Below, piece by piece: positions 21,799-32,733 of a DNA stretch of 36,515 nt. Source of the DNA: Octopus bimaculoides (Eukaryota). The position numbers and the translations under genes were made by a program. Every line of letters begins with the position of its first letter. The stretch's first letter is position 1. Location: contig NC_068985.1 of assembly GCF_001194135.2 (NCBI RefSeq), positions 93,640,766 to 93,677,280 of the forward strand. The letters run 5' to 3'. The notes under the pieces are model-generated. The model was given only the letters and a program-made list of their open reading frames with translations. It did no database searches and was not told where the DNA came from.

Positions 21799-22254
21799 TT
21801 CTGTGTATTTACTTTGCTAAGCATTTCTATAGAGAAGTTTGCTCTGTTGCTGCGGACATTTGGACCAAGCTTTTAGCAAGAGATACGGCGAAGAAGCGGT
21901 GATTTGTATTACTCAGGCATAAGGATATAAGTGTACAAATACACTCAAGTAAAACGAAGCAATTTATGAGCTAAGAACAAACAGGAAGCATAAAACATAT
22001 AAGAAGTTAAATAAATAAAATACGTGTTAAAGAAAGTATATAAATGTAAAATTAAACTATAACAATCAAAGAATGCGTACAATAAAGACAATAACGCCAC
22101 GTAAAGATCAAACGTTTGGGGATATAAACTTTTCGAAAGTGAATGAAAGGCTACAAAAGAGGGAAGAGAAAAAGAAATAAAATTTACAACGTCCTTTTAC
22201 AAAACTGACGGTATGAATTTTGTATAATTTCGGTCACATACATATACGCACGAA

Positions 22255-22394
22255 CAGACGGCTTCTGCACAATCTCCGCCTGTCAAATTCACTTACAAAT
22301 CGTTGGATGGTTCGGTACTATAGCAGGATACACTCAAGGTATTCAGTAGGTTTAACTTGAAACCACGTTTCCGAAATGAACGCGTCAACCACAA
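22255..22394 (-). mobile_element. Degenerate family-B SINE 5' part
   Basis: gacggcttctg...ccgcctgtcaaattcacttacaa...actatagcagga...caagg...aaccaca is a diverged reverse match to 9940-10100. Confidence 0.55.
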
Positions 22395-23029
22395 TATATA
22401 TATATATATATATACATATGCATACAGACGCAAAATACACACATGCATACATAAATGCACACACATAAATACATACATACATACATACATACATACATAA
22501 AGCATTGTGTAGTGGTCTAGCTATAAACTCGAGCTGTGAGATCAAGTTCTGAAAAGTCTATACAATTAACACTCTAATGATGCAACAAGAATCCAAATCT
22601 GTGCCAAGTTCTCTGTTCAGCAGCCTGTACATCAGACTGGCCATTTAGAAAGTCATTATACACACGCTAAATAATACTTCAGCTCGTTGAACAATAGCAG
22701 AACTAAACTGTTAATGCCATGAGTGAAATTAGTTAAATGAGTATTAGATTTTTCGTAATTTTGTTTCTTAGGATCATTTAGAATATAATGGCTTCTTTTG
22801 AATCGGCGCATGGCCAATGTTTGTCAGCGGAAAAGTTTATAATAGATTGAAACGATTTTAATAAATTACTAGTCCTTAGTTTCTTTTATTTATTATGTTT
22901 TTCTAATCGCTACAAGTATTGCCTGGAGAAGAGAATAACAGGTTTAATATCGTAAATCACCTATATGGCTTTCAAATACCTGTGCAGTCTAGTCTATTTT
23001 AATAACAAGCTAACGATGGAGCTTCTGAG

Positions 23030-23250
23030 TTTTGCGCAATCGTTCGACCAAACAGCGAGAGCAGACAAATCACCCTCTAATCATAAACTACCATCACAAA
23101 AAAAAAAACAACTTCGGACATTAGATAATATAGTCCTAGAGGAACTGTATATGAAACAACTAAAGCAAAAATGGAAGTGACCGTTAAGGCTTAAACGGCC
23201 ATCGTAATCGGTCTTGTGGATCAGGACTGCACTGGGGATGAACACCTGGA
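23030..23250 (+). mobile_element. Degenerate family-F repeat
   Basis: caaatcaccctctaatca...agataatatagtcctaga...gatcaggactgcactgggg blocks. Confidence 0.45.
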
Positions 23251-23253
23251 AGC

Positions 23254-23286
<33 letters not shown>

Positions 23287-23565
23287 TAACAGCGACAACA
23301 ACAATCACAACCATCACAACAGCAATAATGATAATGATTAAAATAACAACAACAACAACAATAACAACAACAATAATAATAATAATAATAATAATAATAC
23401 AGTAAAGTTCGTGCCCATAAAACATCGTGCGTTGGGAACAGACAAATAGCTGAAGGAAATTGAAATAGAATGCTCCGTAGAGCATATCACCAGGCGCCGT
23501 AACGATTCTGCCAGCTCGCCGCTTTCTTAATAATAATAATAATTATAATAATAATAACAATAATG

Positions 23566-24000
23566 GAATTTGACAAGCTCATAAAAAATATATAGATTTG
23601 CTCATTGTAATTGAAATGTAAAAAAAAGTGGCATCTAAGGGTGATTACAATGTCGGTGATTGTAGGAGCACTAGAAATGATTAAAAAAAAAAGGAACTGG
23701 AGATGATTTGAGAATGATCCCTAGCTTACCATTCCTTCAAGAAGTGCAAAATTACTGTTTCAAATGGCACGTCACAAGTATTGCGAAGAGCATTGTGGAT
23801 GTAGGAACGATTACCACAGATGTTTTTTTTTTTTTTTTTTTTTTTTTTCACGTAAGTTCATTACATTTTGAAAAATGAACAATCTGGAGTGTTAAGTTTA
23901 ATGGATCATCAATGTATATAGAAGGTTTCTTTGCCTTAGGCGCCGAGAAGGCAGACACTCGGCAAGAAATGGAAACAAAATTGAAAGAAGAAAAACTCAT
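23566..24000 (+). mobile_element. 5'-truncated R4/Dong-like (RLE endonuclease) non-LTR retrotransposon relic
   Basis: Manual translation with frameshifts: EFDKL.K/Y.DLLIVIE/KWHLRVITMSVIVGALEMIKK/GT..DLRMIPSLPFLQEVQ/IT..GTSQVLRRALWM* (stop 23802-23804). Typical RLE C-terminus (KY.DL..E..R.W....VPV.VGALG...GTA.ILR..L). Flanked by (AAT)n/(AAC)n on both sides. Confidence 0.75.
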
Positions 24001-24077
24001 AACAACAACAACAACAATAGTAGCAGCAATAGCAACAACAACAATTAAAACACAAAGACAATAACAATACTAATAAT

Positions 24078-24472
24078 CTTTCCTACTCTAAGCACAAGGC
24101 CCGAGTTTATTGGGAGAGGGCCAGTCGATTAGATCGACCCCAGTACGCAACTGGTACTTAATGTATCGACCCCGAAAGGATGAAAAGCAAAAGACAGACG
24201 AAATACCGCTAAGCATATCGCCCGGCGTTCTAACGATTCTTATTTCTTTATTGCCCACAAGGGGATAAACACAGGGGACAAACAAGGACAGACAAAGGGA
24301 TTAAGTCGAATACATCAAGCCCAGTGCGTAACTGGTAGTTAATTTATCGACCCCTAAAGGATGAAAGACAAAGTTGACGTCGGCGGAATTTGAATTCAAA
24401 ACGTAACGGCAGACGAAATACCGCTAAGCATTACGCCCGGCGTGCTAACGATTCTGCCAGCTCGCCTCCTTA
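24078..24472 (-). mobile_element. Dimeric family-A SINE (head-body-tail1-body-tail2)
   Basis: Reverse complement: aaggaggcgagctggcagaatcgttag...ccccttgtgggcaataaagaaataagaatcgttagaacgccggg...gtaggaaag. Confidence 0.9.
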
Positions 24473-25201
24473 ATAATAATACTAATAATGATAACAATTG
24501 TTTCTACTATAGACAAACGACCTGAAATTTTGATGGAGGATAGTTCAGGGTACATCAACCCAGCGCAGAACTGGTACTAATTCTATTGAGCTTTTGGGTC
24601 GATGAAATCGACTTATGTCCACTCCCGAAATTGTTGGTCTTGTGTCAAAATGTGAAACCGATATGTTGTTAACAAACGCATTTAATTGTGGCATTGACGA
24701 AACAAGCAGATAATAATGCATTCTAATTAAAAGTGAGTTATTCACAAGAAGAAGGAGGGAAAGTCGTCTGCCCAAATATATGACTGGTATTTTATTTTGT
24801 TGAACACACATAGGCGCAACACGGCTGTGTGGTAAGAAGCTTGCTTACCAACCACATGGTTCACCGCCATCGCCACCATCATGAAGTATCATTTACACAT
24901 TTTAATAAATATGCATAAAATGTGTTTAATAATGCACGTGATATACGAACTTATGCTAAGACAAGATTATGGAGGAGGGTGGGGTACGTCTGCTTTCAGC
25001 TCACCCATCACCACCCACAACTACCACCACTACCACCCACCCCCAGATGGAATAAAAATATTCAGTGAGAAAGCCTTGGTATTTTACACCTGTAGAATCA
25101 TGATAGTTATAAAATACGATGAGGTGGAACTCGGTTTCTGTTAGCATTTGGTTACCATATTTTGTACAATCCATTATTCGTTAATTGTGGCACGTACTGT
25201 G

Positions 25202-25240
<39 letters not shown>

Positions 25241-25345
25241 ATACACACACACACACATGCACAAACCATTGTATACACACACACATTTATTTGTATGCGC
25301 GAGATGTGTGCGTGCGTATTTATGTATATATATATNNNNNNNNNN

Positions 25346-25390
<45 letters not shown>

Positions 25391-25392
25391 AT

Positions 25393-25457
<65 letters not shown>

Positions 25458-25663
25458 TATATGTGTATGCGTGGGAGTGTGTGTGTTTATTTGTACGTAT
25501 GTTTGTGTGTGTACATTTGAGCTGAATACATGCATATATACATGCATACACACATATATACATAAATATGTGTTTGTGTTTGTAAATTTATATTTATGTA
25601 TATAAATATATATTTATATGCGCATATATGAATACATGTGTGTTTGTGCGTGTGCGTGTATGA

Positions 25664-25694
<31 letters not shown>

Positions 25695-26618
25695 CGTGCG
25701 CGCGCGCGTGCACGTGTGTGTGTAGGCATATATACATGTCAGTTGACATACATACATACATGTATCTGCATCGATTATTTTAACGTGTTAATATGAGCTG
25801 CACGCGTATAGAGGTATCTATTCTTACAATATATACATATATAAACTTACACATCTATATAGACAGTTATTATAAGTAGGCGCAAGCAAATATTTATACG
25901 GATAAAAGCACATACAAACACATAACAGACGCGGTATGCTTATTCAACTCTCATATTGATATTCATGTGCTAGAGTGTTTTTGACATAAGCTGTTTATAA
26001 AGAGTCACGTGGGTCTAAGTCGTTAACGAATCGCATTGCAGTTCCGATAAAAGCACTCAACATGAACACGACTCTGAGCAAACTACATTGGCAATATCAG
26101 TGTTAGAATGTGAGAGCTAACCTGAATATTTTCCATACCAAGTGAACTGATTAGATCACAAGACTGCATTATGGAACTGTTTTCTTCACAGCAGAGAATA
26201 AATACACTTAGATTTTTAAGCGAAACACTTTGCTGTTTCATTGTCTATCTTTTGAAAGGTGGGAAAACTGAAACGTGTTTAAACAGTAATTTTGTTTGGT
26301 TGGTGACTCGTGTCATTCATAACTTCAAATCATGTTAGTGTTAATTCTTTTCTTCTGTCTTGGACACAGAAGAGTAGCGTGTACTGTGCAGCTTCCTATT
26401 TTCTATCTCATGGTCGCAGTGAATCATAAAATGGCCGCATTGTGTGAGCGGATCACACAATGCGGTCATTTCATAAACGTGTGATTGCTCGAGTCGAAAC
26501 TATGCTCTGTCTAAAGGAAAGAGCTGCCAAAACTGATGCTACGCCAGTTCTCTAGGATAGATAAAATATCTACCAGGGTATACTGAAATTGAATATTGTT
26601 TTATAAGTACGAGTATTG

Positions 26619-26790
26619 CTTTGTGATAAGAAACTTGTTTTGCACTCACGTGGTTTTGGGTTCAGTCACACTGCGTGGTATTTTGGGCAAGTGTTTTCTA
26701 GTATAGCCCCCAGGCAGATCAATGTCTTGTAAGTGGATATGATGAACGAATACGGTGTAGAAGCCCACCATATGTGTGTGTTTCTAAGTG
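26619..26790 (+). mobile_element. Degenerate family-B SINE 5' part
   Basis: gggttcagtcacactgcgtggtattttgggcaagtgttttctagtatagccc. Confidence 0.75.
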
Positions 26791-26876
26791 TGTATATGTG
26801 TGGCGGGCTTCCAGGTGGTAATATTAAGTTAGACATGGCCTGGACCAATGCTAGCAGAAACTTAGCTAAGTATAAA

Positions 26877-26918
<42 letters not shown>

Positions 26919-26944
26919 TATGCATACACACGCATGCGCACGCA

Positions 26945-26991
<47 letters not shown>

Positions 26992-26993
<2 letters not shown>

Positions 26994-27075
26994 TTGTTCA
27001 AGGTACCAAGCAGCGGGACTGAACCCCAAACTACGTGGCTACAAAGCAAACTTCTTAACCACACAGCCATGCTTG
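26992..27075 (-). mobile_element. Family-B SINE head
   Basis: caaggtaccaagcagcgggactgaacccc...cttcttaaccacacagccat. Confidence 0.75.
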
Positions 27076-27083
27076 GGCCTATA

Positions 27084-27301
27084 CGAAGGGGTGTCGAAAA
27101 GTTCTTGGCTTTAAGTGTATTACGGCAAGACCTGATTGGAGGTCCAGCCTTCCGAGTTCTTTTACAGCACTTAGAAAAACTGAAGGACCGCTGCAATAAG
27201 TGAGTGAATCTGAGAGGGGATCATGTTGAATGAGATCATAATTAACTGGTCCACCTGTATTCTCTATTACCCAAAGCCAGGAACTTCACAGCACCCCCTC
27301 G
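27084..27301 (+). mobile_element. 218-bp internally deleted mariner (MITE-like)
   Basis: Ends TA-CGAAGGGGTGTCGAAAAGTTCTTGGCTTT and AAAGCCAGGAACTTCACAGCACCCCCTCG are imperfect inverted repeats; interior encodes QHLEKLKDRCNK*VNLRGDHVE*, a mariner transposase C-terminus. Confidence 0.8.
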
Positions 27302-27399
27302 TGTATAAAACGCAATGAAGAAATCACAGCTTCTACGGGATTGCTAGATCTGCGAAACACAACAGTCAAATATCTCTCACGTTTTATTCGACCGTCTTA

Positions 27400-28801
27400 T
27401 TAGGTTGTCAAGAAAGTTCTTGCGGTTTTTAACCTTTAAATTCGGATGCACATATCTCGGCCCAAACAAAATTTTATTAATCGAAATAAGCACCATCAGA
27501 ATCAACACACTTTTGCCAACACGAAACAAATTTATTTATGCTAGTAGCGTAAAAATCTTGCGTTCTGGTAGCGATGAAGTCGTTGAAGGTGTGTTTGACA
27601 TCGTCTTGGTTTTTGAAGCATTTCTCACGCAGGAAGTTGTCGAGATGCTTGAAAAAGGGATAGTCGGTAGGCGAGAGTTCTGGTGAGTATGGCAGAGTAT
27701 GNNNNNNNNNNNNNNNNNNNNNNNNNNNNNNNNNNNNNNNNNNNNNNNNNNNNNNNNNNNNNNNNNNNNNNNNNNNNNNNNNNNNNNNNNNNNNNNNNNN
27801 NNNNNNNNNNNNNNNNNNNNNNNNNNNNNNNNNNNNNNNNNNNNNNNNNNNNNNNNNNNNNNNNNNNNNNNNNNNNNNNNNNNNNNNNNNNNNNNNNNNN
27901 NNNNNNNNNNNNNNNNNNNNNNNNNNNNNNNNNNNNNNNNNNNNNNNNNNNNNNNNNNNNNNNNNNNNNNNNNNNNNNNNNNNNNNNNNNNNNNNNNNNN
28001 NNNNNNNNNNNNNNNNNNNNNNNNNNNNNNNNNNNNNNNNNNNNNNNNNNNNNNNNNNNNNNNNNNNNNNNNNNNNNNNNNNNNNNNNNNNNNNNNNNNN
28101 NNNNNNNNNNNNNNNNNNNNNNNNNNNNNNNNNNNNNNNNNNNNNNNNNNNNNNNNNNNNNNNNNNNNNNNNNNNNNNNNNNNNNNNNNNNNNNNNNNNN
28201 NNNNNNNNNNNNNNNNNNNNNNTTTTTTTTTTTTTTTTTTTTTTTTTTGTCGTTCAATTCGTGCGGCACCCATTTCTCGAGCATTTTTGTTTTTCCGATC
28301 TCTTTCAACTAGCTGGAAATTATCGTATACGTTACATCTAATTCAGAAGCAAGCTCTCGAACAGTTGTGCGTGGATTGGCTTCAACTAAGGCTCTTAGTT
28401 GATCGTTGTCAACATTCGACGGTCGACCGCTACACTTATCATCTTCAAGACTCTCGTCACCGCTACGAAATTTCTTGAACCACCATTGTGCTGTACGTTC
28501 ATTAGTGGTTCTTGGGCCAAACGCATCGTTGATATCGCGAGCTGTTTCAGCAGCTTTTCGGCCTAGCTTGAACTGGAATAAGAAAATTGTGCGAATTTGC
28601 TTTTTGTCCATGTTGTATTCAATTTTCCGGAAAAAAATGGCCTAATTATTCAAAAAGAAAAAGAGTAACACGATTAGATAGAGCGAAAAACTAGCTTTAA
28701 AATGATATATAAAGTCAAAGAAATTTAACGAAAATTAATTTGAAAATGCATCATTTAAAACCAAAATTAAAAATTCCTCACGAACTTTCTTGACAACCTA
28801 A
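27400..28801 (-). mobile_element. Near full-length mariner transposon
   Basis: TIRs ttaggttgtcaagaaagttcttgcgg (27400) and cctcacgaactttcttgacaacctaa (ends 28801); TA at 27398-27399 and 28802-28803; centre lies in an N-gap. Confidence 0.95.
27477..28611 (-). pseudogene. Mariner transposase pseudogene
   Basis: MDKKQIRTIFLFQFKLGRKAAETARDINDAFG...SGRP... HTH region, in-frame TAG at 28309-28311, WVPHEL, 26-nt poly(A), gap, then HTLPYSPELSPTDYPFFKHLDNFL...WQKCVDSDGAYFD* (27701-27477). Confidence 0.95.
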
Positions 28802-29002
28802 TAAAATGATAATGTTGCCTGGATAATAATTACAGGAACAATTTGACCATGCTGTAGAAATATATATTTGCTTACATCAGATATATTGTCAAGCAGCAAC
28901 CGGTGGTAAGTTGAATTATTAACAAGAAAATCTCGACGGAACTGTCATCAATGTTTTTCCTATTTCCAGAATTTATAAAATAAATACCAATAATGTACTC
29001 AC

Positions 29003-29228
29003 CTCGCATATAGACATTGCTGTGTTCCGTGTATAAAAGAGCACATACCCAATATGTCACCTATCCAGGTGTTGTTGTTGGTGGTGATAGTGGTGACAGC
29101 GGTGGCGGTGAGTTAAAATTTCTTGATCTGTTGAGGCTGTGAAGATGCTGTGTTAGTTTCCCCCCATTGTGAAACTGATTCTGTGTTCGGGTCAGTTTAA
29201 GGTATTAAATGTTACTGCATCACATTAT
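29003..29228 (-). other. Candidate exon, probably 5'-UTR or non-coding
   Basis: Acceptor tttttacttattctgctgccAG at 29230-29229 and perfect donor GAG|GTGAGT at 29003/29002. No frame is open throughout; ATG CGA G lies just before the donor. Confidence 0.35.
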
Positions 29229-29452
29229 CTGGCAGCAGAATAAGTAAAAACACAGCCACACATAATCTGTCACCCGGTTTAACACTGTCATGTATCTCTC
29301 GGGTGCCTTTATCGGGTTCCACTCTGTTGTAAGCATTCAGACTAGAGATTATTTCCTCTCTTTCTTCCATCAACATAGAGGTCGTAGAGAAACGTCATGG
29401 GCGCTGGTCTTTCTTCTGTTATAAAGCATTGTGGAGGGAGGATAAGTAGAAG

Positions 29453-29490
<38 letters not shown>

Positions 29491-29718
29491 NNNNNNNNNN
29501 NNNNNNNNNNNNNNNNNNNNNNNNNNNNNNNNNNNNNNNNNNNNNNNNNNNNNNNNNNNNNNNNNNNNNNNNNNNNNNNNNNNNNNNNNNNNNNNNNNNN
29601 NNNNNNNNNNNNNNNNNNNNNNNNNNNNNNNNNNNNNNNNNNNNNNNNNNNNNNNNNNNNNNNNNNNNNNNNNNNNNNNNNNNNNNNNNNNNNNNNNNNN
29701 NNNNNNNNNNNNNNNNNN

Positions 29719-29799
<81 letters not shown>

Positions 29800-30070
29800 C
29801 TCGGGAATGGAGACCAGTGCGTGAATAAACTACATTTACACCAAATAGGTAATATATTACTCCTATTTGCCATATCCAATTAAATGCTCACCTGAATTTA
29901 CTGATACTTCCTGTTTACTCATTCTTGCAAGCAAATACAAAAGAAAGAAATAAAAGAAAAAGGTGTGTATGTGCGATTATGCGTGTGTATGTGTGCATGC
30001 TGTGTATGCGCGATTATGTGTGTGTGTGTGCATGTGTAATGTGTATAGATGTTTGTGCGTTTGTGTGTGC

Positions 30071-30508
30071 GTAATTTAATAAACATATAGACTGGTAATG
30101 GTATTTTGTAAAGTTGTGAGTTTCGACATTATTCTGACATGATTTAATCTTGTAGCTTGCATGTTGAATAGACTTCCTCAATACTTCACCGGATACATTG
30201 CCGAGAACGTTTACAGATATGGATTTTCAATTGAAACGATACGTTGAGATTTTCATATAAATATTTTTACTTGGCTCCGGCTCAGGGAAGAAAAGTTCCG
30301 AGACATTAATTCTGTCTTTGACACAGTTTAATACCCCAAAACTGCAAAGTTCTCCCATAAACTATGACTGATGTTTGGAAATCTTACAATATTTTCTTGA
30401 AGTTATCTCATACACAAGGAAGAAATATTCGTCTTTCCTCAAGATTATTCTTCCATCTAGCGTGTTAGATCCATCGTTTGCAAAGTGACCATGGAACCGT
30501 AGTGAGGT
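30071..30508 (-). pseudogene. 146-codon reading frame with only two stops (TAG 30362-30364, TGA 30227-30229), product unknown
   Basis: Manual translation: TSLRFHGHFANDGSNTLDGRIILRKDEYFFLVYEITSRKYCKISKHQS*FMGELCSFGVLNCVKDRINVSELFFPEPEPSKNIYMKISTYRFN*KSISVNVLGNVSGEVLRKSIQHASYKIKSCQNNVETHNFTKYHYQSICLLNY. Confidence 0.35.
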
Positions 30509-30634
30509 CTATAACCTGTTGGGCGGTTGGTGCATTATAGAAAACCTCGTCTTTGTGTAGACTACCCAGGGTAAATCAACAAAGAACCGCTTTTATCTAA
30601 TCTATACCCGTAACATAATTAGAAGAACGTTTTA

Positions 30635-30903
30635 AGGCGGTACACCGGCAGAATCGTTAACACGCCGGGCATAGTGCTTTCCGGCATTTTGTCTACCTTT
30701 ATGTTCTGAGTTCAAATTCCACCGAGGTCGACTTTGCCTTTCGTCTTTCCGGTCGATAAAATATGTACCAGTTGAGCACTGGGTCCATGTAATAGACTAT
30801 TCGGTATCGTTAAATTAAGTACTAGTTGCATACTGGAGTCGATCTAATCGACTGGCCCCCTCCAAAAAATTTCGTGCCTTGTGCCTAGAATACAAAAGAA
30901 TAT
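30635..30903 (+). mobile_element. Family-A SINE with an internal partial duplication
   Basis: aaggcggtacaccggcagaatcgttaac...gagttcaaattcc...; the taagtac(c/t)agttg...ctgg..gtc block occurs twice. Confidence 0.85.
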
Positions 30904-31128
30904 CAAGAAATACTTAGAATAAGAATCTTTTTTGTTATTTTACTCGTTTCAGTCATTGGACTGCGGCCATGCTGGAGTACCGCCTTGAATTTTAGTCAAA
31001 CGAACCGACCCCACTGCTTTTCAAGAGTTTGGCACTGATTCTATCGGTTTCTTTCGCTGAACCGCTATTTTAGGGGACTTGATCGTACCGGCACCTATTG
31101 TCAAACGGTGGAGTAAGGACAAGCACAT

Positions 31129-31211
31129 GGGCATATGGCGTAGTGGTTGAGAACGCGGGCTTTTAACCCTAAGATTCCGAGTTCGATTCCAGGCAGTGAC
31201 CTGAATAACAC

Positions 31212-31267
<56 letters not shown>

Positions 31268-31420
31268 GCAGCATCGAAAAATACCTTACGAATGAGAACC
31301 CAGGTGTGAAATTTCCCCAAGACACCTGATGAAGGCTGGAGAGTATATCAGCCGAAACATTGTGTTAGCAACAAACAAGATGAAGACAAATATCCATCAA
31401 ATGTAAATAATGTAAACAAT
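31129..31420 (+). mobile_element. Family-D SINE-like element: tRNA-Lys(UUU)-like head, (AAT)n, hammerhead tail
   Basis: A-box TGGCGTAGTGG 31136-31146, GGG-CTTTTAA-CCC anticodon arm, B-box GTTCGATTCC 31181-31190, (AAT)n 31212-31263, end repeat aatgtaaataatgtaaa. Confidence 0.75.
31321..31366 (+). ncRNA. Minimal type-I hammerhead ribozyme motif
   Basis: GACAC-CTGATGA-A-GGCTG(GAGAGTATAT)CAGCC-GAAA-C-ATT^-GTGTT. Helix I 5 bp (1 G-U), helix II 5 bp. The sister copy at 33331 has GAAACGTTGTGTT, so the A at 31359 is probably CpG decay. Confidence 0.7.
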
Positions 31421-31998
31421 CACTTAAATATAGAACTGTACACACACAGATATATACATATATACGACGGGCTTCTTTCAGTTTCCGTCTTCCAGATCTA
31501 CTCACAAGGTTTTGGTCGGCCCGAGGCTGTAGTAGAAGGCACTTGCCCAAGGTGACTCGCAGTAGGACTGAGCCCGGGATCATGAAGTTGGGAAGCAAAC
31601 TTCTTACCACACAGCCACGCCTGTATAATTAAACTTGTATCTAAATTTTTGGCGCTTGAGTAAAATCATGAAATGAAGAGTAAATTTCTAAANNNNNNNN
31701 NNNNNNNNNNNNNNNNNNNNNNNNNNNNNNNNNNNNNNNNNNNNNNNNNNNNNNNNNNNNNNNNNNNNNNNNNNNNNNNNNNNNNNNNNNNNNNNNNNNN
31801 NNNNNNNNNNNNNNNNNNNNNNNNNNNNNNNNNNNNNNNNNNNNNNNNNNNNNNNNNNNNNNNNNNNNNNNNNNNNNNNNNNNNNNNNNNNNNNNNNNNN
31901 NNNNNNNNNNNNNNNNNNNNNNNNNNNNNNNNNNNNNNNNNNNNNNNNNNNNNNNNNNNNNNNNNNNNNNNNNNNNNNNNNNNNNNNNNNNNNNNNNN

Positions 31999-32346
31999 TA
32001 CCACCGTCACCACAATCAACAACAACAACAACACTATCACTACTAGCACTACCACCTTCATTACTACTACGTCCACCACCACCACTACCACCACCGTCGC
32101 CGTTATCACGACCGCCACCACCACCAACAACAACAACACCATCACCACTACCACCACCACTACCATCACGACTACATCCACCACCACTGTCATCATCATC
32201 ATCATCATCATCACTACCACCGCCACAACAACCATCACCATCATCACCACCAACACCACTACCACTACCACCACCAGCACTATTTCCACAACCACCACCA
32301 CCACCAGCAATAGTAGCACATTCACCACCACCACCAGCACCACCAC
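31999..32346. repeat. Compound (CAC/AAC/CAT/TAC)n repeat
   Basis: Direct reading; source of the poly-T, poly-V and poly-G ORFs. Confidence 0.95.
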
Positions 32347-32516
32347 CCGTCAATATAGCTTTGCCTCGACATGAGGGAGACACAGTTCTTTCTCAGACTA
32401 AAACCTCGTACCATTCACTCCACAAACGTTTCTCATTGGTCGTCTTTTATTTTTTCCTTTGCTAAACCACCAACAGTTATTAAACAGTATTGCTTCTCAC
32501 ATCCTACCCCACCCAG

Positions 32517-32517
<1 letters not shown>

Positions 32518-32576
<59 letters not shown>

Positions 32577-32675
32577 TCTCTCTCGCCATAATCTGTCTTG
32601 ACATGCAACACCGCCTCAATCGCGTTTCTCAATCTGGGAGGCTTTTGATGGTGGATTATGCACAACAACAGCACT

Positions 32676-32731
<56 letters not shown>
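32518..32731. repeat. (CT)n at 32518-32583 and (CTA)n at 32676-32731
   Basis: Direct reading. Other pure tracts: (CA)n 13713-13767, (TG)n 15195-15240, (CT)n 21733-21797, (TG)n 29719-29796. Confidence 0.95.

Positions 32732-32733
<2 letters not shown>

Larger units (their letters stand above)
30938..31624 (-). mobile_element. Family-B SINE split by the family-D insertion
   Basis: 3' half at 30938-31122 and 5' half at 31464-31624, both reverse matches to 9936-10360. Confidence 0.8.

Noticed and set aside
30390-30430. FFLVYEITSRK resembles the small-GTPase FLLVYDIT motif
   Set aside because: No G1, G3 or G4 motifs at the expected spacing.
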